Virus record (IMG/VR): IMGVR_UViG_3300017963_005353
Coordinates: 1-64,000 of that record
Length of the DNA: 64,000 nucleotides
Strand: one strand, 5' to 3'
Origin: a virus
Both the position numbers and the translations under genes were made by a program. Positions 26,552-34,692 of this stretch are shown piece after piece (positions within the stretch are counted from its first letter, which is position 1; every line of letters starts with the position of its first letter). The notes under the pieces are model-generated. The model was not told the origin of the DNA. It saw nothing but the letters and a program-made list of their open reading frames with translations, and searched no databases.

Positions 26552-29020
26552 ATGGCAGACTATGAGGATCTGAGAACAGCATTGCGCTGGCTCCTGTTGA
26601 GCCAGGTGGCGCCGATGCCACGCTACATGCGCGGCCTGCTCGGAAACGGGCAGGGCAAGGTCGCCGTTCCCGACCGGCCCGGGTTCTGCTACGTTCGCCC
26701 GTCGCGCTCGACCGACGACGTGATCGAGGTGTTCAACAAAGAGGTCTCAGGTGGAGATGGGACCCCGGTACTGGTGGGAGAACTGCCCTGGCAGCCCGGC
26801 CTCACCCAGATCGTGAGCGTGGATTGGGAGACCTACATACAGGTTGGTTGGGGCGATGGCTATGCTGGCGTTGCTCTCCACGGTAAGACCCACGAATGGA
26901 ACGATGGGTTTGTGGGCACAGATGCCTTCAACGTGTTCAGGCGTCAAATTGCGCCCATGCGGACCTACCCTGTGGGGAGCGGTTCGCACTCGGTCAACAT
27001 TGCTCCCTATGACTACATCTATGCTGGTTCGCCCATCTCGTGGTGCGGGCTACCCGGTCTCGACCTATCCCCGGCTGTGCCAGCAACAGGCACCGCCCGG
27101 CTCATGCTCACTTATCTGGACATGGAAAGCAATGTTGCCGGCGTGGTGACCGGTAGCATCGACGTGGATTCCGATGCCATAGAGCTTTCCCGCCCTGCCC
27201 TCCCGACTGGCACCTGGGCACCATCCGCTTACGTCAAACTCTATGGGGGGCAGCCCGGCATTTTGGAGCGGGACATTTCAGACGCCCGCCAGTTGTGGGC
27301 GGGTATGTCTGCTACGCCTTCCGGGCCGGCCGGTGGTGACTTGACCGGCTCCTATCCTAACCCGCTCGTCGTTGGATTAGATGGACAACCTATCCGCAGC
27401 ACAACACCCGCTGAAGGCTACGGCCTGATGTATACGGGGAGCGCCTGGAGCCCCATCCCATGGCCGGGCACAACCGGGCCGGCCGGCGGTGACCTGACGG
27501 GCACCTACCCCAATCCGACTGTAATAGGACTACAGACCTACCCGGTGCTCGACACTGTTCCGGCGGCGGGTTATGGTCTGATGTATACCGGTAGCATGTG
27601 GCGACCGATTCCCTGGCCGAGCGGTGGAGGGAGCCCCACAGGGCCAGCCGGGGGCGATCTGACGGGCACCTACCCCAATCCGCTTGTGGTGGGACTGTAC
27701 GACCGGGAACTCTCGGCGGTTGCTCCCGGTGATGGGGATGCCTACATTTTCGATATAGGCACCAGTCTATGGACACCTGGCGACCACGGTGACCTGGGCG
27801 GCCTGGCAGATGACGACCACGCACAATACCTGCTCGTAGATGGTACACGGGCCATGACCGGGGAATTGGAAGCGGATCTCGGGATCTCCATACCCACGGG
27901 GCAAGACCTCTGGCTCAACGATGGTGAGGATACGGGTATCGCGTGCCCTTCCCCGTATAACGACCGATTGCGCCTCACGATGGGCGGCAGCGGTATCGTG
28001 GATTTCTACGTCACCGGCTCCTATTTGCATGAGCACCTGCTGACCAACAGCGGCGGTTGGCAGTTGCGCGGTTATGATGCAGGCGGCAGCACGAAGCTCA
28101 TGATTTTGGCACTTCCTGATACTACTGTCCAGCTTCATTATGACGGGGCAACCAGGCTCAACACGTCTGCCGATGGCCTCCTGCTCCCGGCGACGACACG
28201 AATCGATTTCAACAGCAGCGACGATAGCATCCGGGCGAGCGCCGCCGGTCAGTTGGATTTCGAGATCGCCGGCACGGACGTGGGATATTTTGAGGCAGAC
28301 GGGCTCAACATCGAGGGTCGAATACTCAAGACCGTCTGGTTTTTCCCAGGTCTGACGAGTGAATATGTAACCGGGCAATATTTCAACGATAACGATGCCT
28401 CTTACCCTGCCGGCTGGACAGAGGATGATGCCGCAGCCGCAACCAACACCAACACATATTATGGATTCTGGTATTTGCGTGGGACATCGTCTGAAACGAG
28501 TTGGCAGTATAGCTATGATACGAGCTTTGATCTGGAGAACGATGCAGGGGCCAATGATTGGACTGCGTGGCTGTTTGGCCCGATTTTTTGGCAGGATGGG
28601 CAATATGGTGCCGACCTCGATTACCTGTTTGGCGTGTATGGTTCGACGGGCGGCGTCATGGACATCAACACATACAACCGTGTCCGGCTACATTGGGACA
28701 GCGGCACGAGCGTGTGGCAAATCCAAGGGGAGACACGGGCCGGGGCAACGGACAGCGAAACAGCCTCAGGTTATAGCACTTTCACTTTCTTGTTGCATCA
28801 GCCTATCTGGATAATAATGGTCATCCGGAACAACGCGGGGAGTAAGACGTGCAGGAACTATATCCAGACCGCCCCATTTGAGTACGTTGGCACCATCATG
28901 AGCAACGTGAATGAATCAACGACGTGGGGCAACCTGCACCTCATGTTGGAGATGGATCGTGGTGCGGGTATCAACAACACCCTGTATATCGGCATGTGGG
29001 ACAGCTTCGATATGTCGTAA
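26552..29020 (+). CDS. Tail fibre / receptor-binding protein
   Basis: 822 aa; three GPAGGDLTG[ST]YPNP repeats, a DHGDLGGLADDDHAQY motif and an aromatic-rich C-terminal domain. Confidence 0.75.
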   Translation: MADYEDLRTALRWLLLSQVAPMPRYMRGLLGNGQGKVAVPDRPGFCYVRPSRSTDDVIEVFNKEVSGGDGTPVLVGELPWQPGLTQIVSVDWETYIQVGWGDGYAGVALHGKTHEWNDGFVGTDAFNVFRRQIAPMRTYPVGSGSHSVNIAPYDYIYAGSPISWCGLPGLDLSPAVPATGTARLMLTYLDMESNVAGVVTGSIDVDSDAIELSRPALPTGTWAPSAYVKLYGGQPGILERDISDARQLWAGMSATPSGPAGGDLTGSYPNPLVVGLDGQPIRSTTPAEGYGLMYTGSAWSPIPWPGTTGPAGGDLTGTYPNPTVIGLQTYPVLDTVPAAGYGLMYTGSMWRPIPWPSGGGSPTGPAGGDLTGTYPNPLVVGLYDRELSAVAPGDGDAYIFDIGTSLWTPGDHGDLGGLADDDHAQYLLVDGTRAMTGELEADLGISIPTGQDLWLNDGEDTGIACPSPYNDRLRLTMGGSGIVDFYVTGSYLHEHLLTNSGGWQLRGYDAGGSTKLMILALPDTTVQLHYDGATRLNTSADGLLLPATTRIDFNSSDDSIRASAAGQLDFEIAGTDVGYFEADGLNIEGRILKTVWFFPGLTSEYVTGQYFNDNDASYPAGWTEDDAAAATNTNTYYGFWYLRGTSSETSWQYSYDTSFDLENDAGANDWTAWLFGPIFWQDGQYGADLDYLFGVYGSTGGVMDINTYNRVRLHWDSGTSVWQIQGETRAGATDSETASGYSTFTFLLHQPIWIIMVIRNNAGSKTCRNYIQTAPFEYVGTIMSNVNESTTWGNLHLMLEMDRGAGINNTLYIGMWDSFDMS
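27323..27780 (+). repeat. Three imperfect in-frame direct repeats (units about 153 and 165 bp)
   Basis: Units begin at about 27323, 27476 and 27641 (GGGCC.GCCGG.GG.GA..TGAC.GGC.CCTA.CC.AA.CCG). Confidence 0.8.
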
Positions 29021-29034
29021 AGGAGAAAAAGGCA

Positions 29035-29430
29035 ATGAGAGCGACTATAACGCTCAAAGACCTTGAAACCATCTCAGGGGCACTGAACCGGTTGGCAGCG
29101 AAGGAACTGCCCATCCGGTTGGCCTTCAAGGTGTCCATGCTCATGAAAGCCTTCGGGCCGGGCATCCAGGCTTTCCAGGAGGCGCACACGGAACTGGTCA
29201 GCCGGTTCGCCACGCGCAAGCACAACCAGTTGATCGTCGAAACGCCAAACATCCCGTTTTTCAACGCCGAGCGCAGTGCACTCTATGCAACCGAAACCAC
29301 CGTCAAATTTGATCCCCTGCCCCTGGACGACCTGGTGGACAGCGGGATCACCATCTCGGCGATTGATTTGGGAGCCCTTGAGATGCTCTTGTCCACAGGG
29401 GAAGAAAAAAAGAAAGAGGCCGATGCCTGA
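29035..29430 (+). CDS. Hypothetical tail-region phage protein
   Basis: AAGGAG RBS; L..LA...LP...AFKV family commonly found after tail fibres. Confidence 0.6.
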   Translation: MRATITLKDLETISGALNRLAAKELPIRLAFKVSMLMKAFGPGIQAFQEAHTELVSRFATRKHNQLIVETPNIPFFNAERSALYATETTVKFDPLPLDDLVDSGITISAIDLGALEMLLSTGEEKKKEADA

Positions 29431-29983
29431 TTCAATCCTGGAGTTTCTGTCCAAAAACGGGCTCAACCTGCTGACCCTGGCACTGGTCCTGGTTTCGCTG
29501 TTCAAAGACCAGATCCGGTCATTTGTACAGTCACGTCTCGACCTGGCGACCAAGCAAAAGGAGCAAGAAGCGTCTGTGGAGGCCAAGGCATGGCAGCGCG
29601 TGTTTCAAAACGGGATGAAGGCAGACGGGTACGTCGAGCGGTTATTGCTCCAGCAAGAGCACCACATGGCGCAAATGAGGGAGCGGGATACCCACATCGA
29701 ACGATTGGCGACCATCACCGTGGAAGCGGTGCGAGACTCGGTTTCCGTGATGGACAGTGCCATGCAACAGCAGCAGGCGTCGAACCAGGCCATGATGACT
29801 ATGTTGGCACAGTTCGAGGAAACCTTGATCTCCCTGCGGGAGCATACCGCCGCCATGGGGGTCGTGGTCAGCCTGTACTTGCACGACCGACAGGGCGTCA
29901 CCTGGGACGAGCTTTTGGCAGCGGTAAGAAAAGACGAGACGATTGACCAAGGGGAAATCCCACAAACGGACAAGGAGGCATGA
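29423..29983 (+). CDS. Holin-like protein (N-terminal TM plus coiled coil)
   Basis: One TM segment followed by a coiled coil; lysis-module position. Confidence 0.45.
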   Translation: MPDSILEFLSKNGLNLLTLALVLVSLFKDQIRSFVQSRLDLATKQKEQEASVEAKAWQRVFQNGMKADGYVERLLLQQEHHMAQMRERDTHIERLATITVEAVRDSVSVMDSAMQQQQASNQAMMTMLAQFEETLISLREHTAAMGVVVSLYLHDRQGVTWDELLAAVRKDETIDQGEIPQTDKEA

Positions 29984-29986
29984 CAA

Positions 29987-30505
29987 ATGTTGCAAACGTG
30001 GTTGGACCAATTGTTGAACAGTCCATTCGGACCCATCGCCGTCACCCTGGGTATCGGCGGGCTCCTGATCCTGCTGGCTTATGGCGTCTATCAGTTCAAC
30101 CTCTACCTGATCAGGAAGGGGACGCACCCGGCCATCGTGGAGGCGCTGAACAAGGCCATTGCCCTGGCGTGGCAGGCGAGCGAGCGGGCCATCGACGGCG
30201 GCATGGACCGGCTGCATGGGCTGGACAAAAAGAAAATCGCGGACAGCCTATACGACACGGGTGGGGATCTTCTGATGCATCTCCAACTAAAGTTCTTGCC
30301 CATCGCCATCGACCTGCGGCGGTTCATCACCCGCGAGCAGTGGGCGGAGTTCGTGCAGGCGCGGTTCGACGACATGACGGGCGAGCTCCAGGAGATCCTC
30401 GACCGGATGGAAGAGGAGGGGCCGCCCTGGGCGGAAGAGATCGCCATCGCCCATTCTGTGCCGCGCCCGTCAGGGGGCTCTCTACCTGGGCCATGGAACC
30501 AATGA
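29987..30505 (+). CDS. Holin-like protein (LL-H type)
   Basis: AAGGAGG RBS; one TM, then A..A.E......G.DKK..A pattern. Confidence 0.5.
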   Translation: MLQTWLDQLLNSPFGPIAVTLGIGGLLILLAYGVYQFNLYLIRKGTHPAIVEALNKAIALAWQASERAIDGGMDRLHGLDKKKIADSLYDTGGDLLMHLQLKFLPIAIDLRRFITREQWAEFVQARFDDMTGELQEILDRMEEEGPPWAEEIAIAHSVPRPSGGSLPGPWNQ

Positions 30506-30891
30506 GGGTCGCCGCATCCGAGCAAGTTTTCGAGACGGCAAACCTAATATGGCTCGACGTGCACGGGGGCCTGATGTTCATGGTCCACGAGTATGGCACG
30601 TGGATTGGCTGCCCGGACAGATGGGCGGGACAGGCGTATGACCCGATCCAGGTGGGAGAGGGCCGATCGGCTGTGGTGCGCGGCTTTGGCTACCTTTTCC
30701 ACCTGGCACGGGATGGGCGGTCGATCGTCTCGCTGGGGCAAACTGGGCAGCCGATCTCAAAAGAGCAGGGATACAAGGCAGGCGTTGAAGAGCACGACGA
30801 TGGTTGGACCATGACAGACAGCTATGGGCGGGTGCTGGAGCTTAGGGTCAAACAGGGCGTTGCCCTGTGGAGCGCCTCTCACTGGCCTTAG
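30502..30891 (+). CDS. Hypothetical protein
   Basis: ATGA-coupled to the upstream gene. Confidence 0.5.
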   Translation: MRVAASEQVFETANLIWLDVHGGLMFMVHEYGTWIGCPDRWAGQAYDPIQVGEGRSAVVRGFGYLFHLARDGRSIVSLGQTGQPISKEQGYKAGVEEHDDGWTMTDSYGRVLELRVKQGVALWSASHWP

Positions 30892-30944
30892 AACGGAACC
30901 GCCCTGCGGCCCTGACAACAAACGACACTAAAGGAGGTGCAACT

Positions 30945-32204
30945 GTGGAAGATCCAAGAATCTCTGTTATTGGCCTGGGCAAGTTGGGCACGCCCATGGC
31001 CGTGGCAATGGCGGCGCGGGGGTATACCGTCATTGGCACCGACAAAAACCCCCAGACGGTAGCAGCGTTCAAGGGAGGCTGGCTGCCACGGTCCCCAAAG
31101 GAGGAGCCCGGCCTGGCCGAGGCCCTGGCAGCGGCCAACGGACGATTGGCCGTCACGGACAGCACGGCTGACGCCGTGGCGAACACCGATGTAACGTTCA
31201 TCATCGTGCCCACACCGAGCGGGGACGATGGCACGTTCGTCAACGATTACGTTCTGGCGGCCTGCTGCGGGGTGGCCCAGGGCATGGCCCGCAAAGACGC
31301 TTGGCACTTGGTCGTGCTCACGTCCACGGTCATGCCCGGCTCTGCCCCACTCATCATACAGGCTTTGGAGCAAACCGGTCTCAAGCAGGGCGAGCACTTT
31401 GGCTACTGCTACTCCCCTCTGTTCATCGCCCTGGGCAACGTGCTAAACGGGTTTCTGCAACCCGACATGATCCTGGTCGGTGCGGCCAGCCCGCTTGCCG
31501 GCGCCGAGCTCTCGGAGCTATACCGTGGCATATGTAAGGACTGCCCCCCCATAGTGTTGACAGACCCACTAACGGCCGAGTTTGCCAAGCTCTTGCTCAA
31601 CTCCTTCCTGACCACAAAGATCACCTTTGCCAACTACATCGGCTGGATCGCCCATGAGACAGGAGCAAAGGCAGCAGACATCACCAGGCTGATCGGGCTC
31701 GACAGTCGTGTGAGCCCGAAGTTTTTCTCCCATGGGCCGCCCTTTGGCGGTCCCTGCTTTCCCCGCGACAACGTGGCCCTGGCAGCCTACCTGGGAGAGC
31801 ACGACCTCTCCAACTGCTTTCCCCTGTGTGTGGACGATTTGAACTTTGAGGGCGCAATGCGGCTGGCGAATGTGGTAGAGGAGCACTCAGGGCGAGATGG
31901 AACCGTCGCCATCCTGGGCATGAGCTACAAGACCGGCTCCCCGGTGATGAACGATTCTCCATCACTCATCGTCCAGGAGTTCTTGGACGTCAGGGGGATC
32001 AACGTGGTCACGACCGACCCGTGGTTGGATGGCCCATCCCCGGAGGAGGCCATACAGGGGGCGGACGTGGTGCTGGTCATGCACAGGGACGAGCGGTACA
32101 CACGGCTGCCGTTCGAACCCGGGCAGGTCATCGTTGACCCATGGAACCAGTTTGAGTACCAGCCCCCAGGCACCCACCTGGTCAAGATTGGAGGCGGCCC
32201 GTGA
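30945..32204 (+). CDS. ugd: UDP-glucose/GDP-mannose dehydrogenase family
   Basis: AGGAGG RBS with GTG start; GLGKLG, IVPTPS, STVMPG, AEFAKL..N, FGGPCFPRD (catalytic Cys) and LGMSYK. Confidence 0.88.
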   Translation: MEDPRISVIGLGKLGTPMAVAMAARGYTVIGTDKNPQTVAAFKGGWLPRSPKEEPGLAEALAAANGRLAVTDSTADAVANTDVTFIIVPTPSGDDGTFVNDYVLAACCGVAQGMARKDAWHLVVLTSTVMPGSAPLIIQALEQTGLKQGEHFGYCYSPLFIALGNVLNGFLQPDMILVGAASPLAGAELSELYRGICKDCPPIVLTDPLTAEFAKLLLNSFLTTKITFANYIGWIAHETGAKAADITRLIGLDSRVSPKFFSHGPPFGGPCFPRDNVALAAYLGEHDLSNCFPLCVDDLNFEGAMRLANVVEEHSGRDGTVAILGMSYKTGSPVMNDSPSLIVQEFLDVRGINVVTTDPWLDGPSPEEAIQGADVVLVMHRDERYTRLPFEPGQVIVDPWNQFEYQPPGTHLVKIGGGP

Positions 32205-33184
32205 AAACCAAAGTTCTCGTCACCGGTGCAGGTGGATTTATTGGGTCCCACCTGGTCCGAAGGCTCAAGCGTGCAGGGTTTTGGGTGCGCGGGGTAGACC
32301 TGAAAAAGCCGCAGTGGTCGGTCTCGCTGGCCGACGATTTTTGGGTTGCCGACCTGCGCGACCCGGGCGTCGCCATGCGGGCGTTCAGTGGTATGCAGGA
32401 TGCCTACTGCCTGGCGGCGGACATGGGGGGCATGGGGTTCATCAGCACGAACCATTGTACCGTTCTTCGGCACAATGCCCTGATCAACGTCAACTCCGCT
32501 GCGGCTGCTGCCGGGACCGGCCTGGCCCGGATGTTCTACTCCAGTTCCGCTTGTGTGTACCCTGAGTGCCTGCAAATGGAGACGGGGATCGTCGGCCTTA
32601 GGGAGTGTGATGCCTGGAAAGGGCGACCGGATACCGCCTATGGCGTGGAGAAGCTGTTTGGCGAGGAGGTCTTTCGCCGGTTGGCCGGCGAGCATGGCGT
32701 AGACGTTCGGATCGCCCGGTTCCACAACATCTATGGCCCACAGGGTAGCTGGAACGATGGGCGGGAAAAACTGCCTGCCGCTGCCTGTCGCAAGGTGGCC
32801 CTGGCGAAACTGAGCGGGAATCACACTGTAGAGGTCTGGGGCGACGGGCAGGCCACCAGGAGCTTTTGCTACATCGACGACTGCCTGGACATGGTGCTCG
32901 GGCTCATGGATTCCGACCACGACCAACCGATCAACGTAGGCTCTGACCGGGAGGTGAGCGTAGACGACATGTACCATATCGCCGCGCTTGCTGCCGGTAT
33001 CGAGGTGGAGCTCAGGCATGTGGAAGGACCACAGGGGGTCCGGGGACGTAACGCTGACCTGGCCCTGGCCCGAAAGATCCTAAAATGGAATGGGGGCACT
33101 CCCCTCGAGGATGGCATGGCCCAGACTTACCGGTGGATCGAGGCACAGGTCAGGGCATGGAAAGGGGGAGGAGAGGGGTGTTAG
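32201..33184 (+). CDS. GDP-mannose 3,5-epimerase-like NAD-dependent epimerase
   Basis: TGAGGFIG, LAADMGGMGFI, SSACVYP, YGVEK, RFHNIYGP.GSW..GREK.PAA.CRKV and RSFCYIDD. Confidence 0.85.
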   Translation: MKTKVLVTGAGGFIGSHLVRRLKRAGFWVRGVDLKKPQWSVSLADDFWVADLRDPGVAMRAFSGMQDAYCLAADMGGMGFISTNHCTVLRHNALINVNSAAAAAGTGLARMFYSSSACVYPECLQMETGIVGLRECDAWKGRPDTAYGVEKLFGEEVFRRLAGEHGVDVRIARFHNIYGPQGSWNDGREKLPAAACRKVALAKLSGNHTVEVWGDGQATRSFCYIDDCLDMVLGLMDSDHDQPINVGSDREVSVDDMYHIAALAAGIEVELRHVEGPQGVRGRNADLALARKILKWNGGTPLEDGMAQTYRWIEAQVRAWKGGGEGC

Positions 33185-33239
33185 ACACCAACTAAAAGTT
33201 AGAAATGGTTAGAAATTGTCCCATTCTGCCCTGTTTGTC

Positions 33240-33268
33240 TTGACAAAACGGGGCAGTTATGTTATACT
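33240..33268 (+). promoter_or_regulatory. Sigma70 promoter with upstream tandem GTTAGAAAT repeats (33198-33216)
   Basis: TTGACA-17 nt-TATACT with an extended -10 TG. Confidence 0.75.
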
Positions 33269-33306
33269 GTAGTTGTGGACAGAATCACCGTTTGAGGAGA
33301 CCAGAC

Positions 33307-33882
33307 ATGACCAGAGAAGAGACACAAAGCAACAACATCCTTTCCGCATTGATCTTGGCAGTATCCAGAGGCTCCGGGCATTGGCGGGATCGCCAGCCCT
33401 TCCAGGCGTTCAAGCTCTTTAGCTCTGGAAAGTTTGAGCAAGTGGACGAGGCCAATTTCGACGCCGCCATTGAGTTCATGCGCGAGCGCCGGTTCCAGCC
33501 TTTTGGTTTCTGGATTCATGGAGGCCCGGCCATCGCCTTCTCTGTCGGGGCCAACGCCGTGGTTCAAGCCTGGCGCAAGGCGCATGGCGACGACCCGATC
33601 ATGGCCGCCCCGCTCGCCTTCCATAGGCGCGACTGGTGGGAGGCCAAAAGGGGCCGGTCGGGATATGTCGGCACCAGCGCGATCGTGGTCGGGAATTGGG
33701 TGATCGCACCGACCAGGACCGGGGCAGAGATCGCCCGGCTGAGAAGCCAGTATCCCGGTTACGCCGGCGACCTGGCGCTCGTTCCTCTCTATGTCATCAG
33801 GCGCGAGCACGACGAGCGATGCGAGCGGGAGATCCGGGCCGGTGGGCGGGGCGCACTTGCCTGGGCCAGCACCAGAGGATGA
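33307..33882 (+). CDS. Hypothetical protein
   Basis: GAGGAG RBS downstream of the promoter at 33240. Confidence 0.6.
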   Translation: MTREETQSNNILSALILAVSRGSGHWRDRQPFQAFKLFSSGKFEQVDEANFDAAIEFMRERRFQPFGFWIHGGPAIAFSVGANAVVQAWRKAHGDDPIMAAPLAFHRRDWWEAKRGRSGYVGTSAIVVGNWVIAPTRTGAEIARLRSQYPGYAGDLALVPLYVIRREHDERCEREIRAGGRGALAWASTRG

Positions 33883-33888
33883 CAGACA

Positions 33889-34074
33889 ATGACCAGGAGA
33901 GCCGTGAGGATCAGGTGGCAAATGGGACCGGAGGACTATGGGTCCCTCGCCAATCAGGTCGTGACCAACATCCACATTGATGACCAGGGGTACGCCTTTG
34001 GCTCGTGGAACGGTCGCCTTGTGGGGGCCTACCACGTGGACAGCTTTGTGTGGTACGTGATCGACTGGCTGTAG
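33889..34074 (+). CDS. Small hypothetical protein
   Basis: 61 aa, second gene of the 33.3-kb unit, ending at a hairpin. Confidence 0.5.
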   Translation: MTRRAVRIRWQMGPEDYGSLANQVVTNIHIDDQGYAFGSWNGRLVGAYHVDSFVWYVIDWL

Positions 34075-34143
34075 AAAAAAACAGAGCCGGCGCATCGGGA
34101 GTATCAACTCACCCCCTTGGCCGGCTCTCGTCAGAGGAGGGAC
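34075..34143 (-). ncRNA. Candidate ~70-nt small RNA ending in an intrinsic terminator
   Basis: Has its own promoter (34150-34178); stem AGAGCCGGC/GCCGGCTCT with an inner GGGGGTG/TACTCCC stem, then GTTTTTT; no ORF within the span. Confidence 0.45.
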
Positions 34144-34149
34144 AAATCT

Positions 34150-34178
34150 ATTCTACCACAGGTTGTCTACTCTGTCAA
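34150..34178 (-). promoter_or_regulatory. Sigma70 promoter
   Basis: TTGACA-17 nt-TAGAAT with an extended -10 TG. Confidence 0.7.
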
Positions 34179-34646
34179 ATTGAGCCCTGTACTTGTCATA
34201 CAGGACAAGTGCATGGGACAACCGCCCTCTAGCGAGCAAAAAGGACAATCCCCGCACTCCCCGATCCACGCCCACTGCCCAGGAATCCCATCGTTCTCCA
34301 GGCAACAGAGCATCATTTGAAACTGGCTTTGCACCACCCACCCTTGCCTCTCGACGTGCTTCAGGTGCCCGTCGAAAGGCTCCGGGTCTTGCTCGAGGGC
34401 GAACCCGAGCTCGGCCTGTAGCCCATGCCCATGCCATGCCCGGCCCACCGCCCCGGTCGGTACGTGGAGCTCAGGCGGGGGCGTCACGTCCAGCAGGGGC
34501 ACGTCGCCATCCGTGTCAAGATAAAGCGTCCACGTGTTTCGCCCCGTCAGCTTGTGGAACACGAACACGACGCCCTTGTCTGACCCCAGGGCATCGGGGT
34601 AGTGCAAGGCAAAGCCCCGCTCGAAATTGACTTGAAACGCCCTCAC
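34167..34646 (-). CDS. Hypothetical protein
   Basis: GTG 34646 with a GGAGGTG RBS; upstream TTGACG-16-TAGAAT promoter (34669-34696). Confidence 0.55.
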   Translation of the reverse strand: MRAFQVNFERGFALHYPDALGSDKGVVFVFHKLTGRNTWTLYLDTDGDVPLLDVTPPPELHVPTGAVGRAWHGHGLQAELGFALEQDPEPFDGHLKHVERQGWVVQSQFQMMLCCLENDGIPGQWAWIGECGDCPFCSLEGGCPMHLSCMTSTGLNLTE

Positions 34647-34692
34647 TGGAATCACCTCCCTGGCTATAATTCTACCAGGATAATGGAGGGCG

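Noticed and set aside
26545-26554. TATAAT just before the tail fibre ATG
   Set aside because: It contains the upstream stop codon, lies 1 nt from the ATG and has no -35 box
27323-27780. Repeats as a CRISPR array or DGR template/variable repeat
   Set aside because: They are in-frame coding repeats with synonymous divergence; there are no spacers and no reverse transcriptase
29980-30501. N-terminal extension of the 303-aa ORF
   Set aside because: It overlaps the holin-like gene out of frame; the coupled ATG at 30502 is the better start
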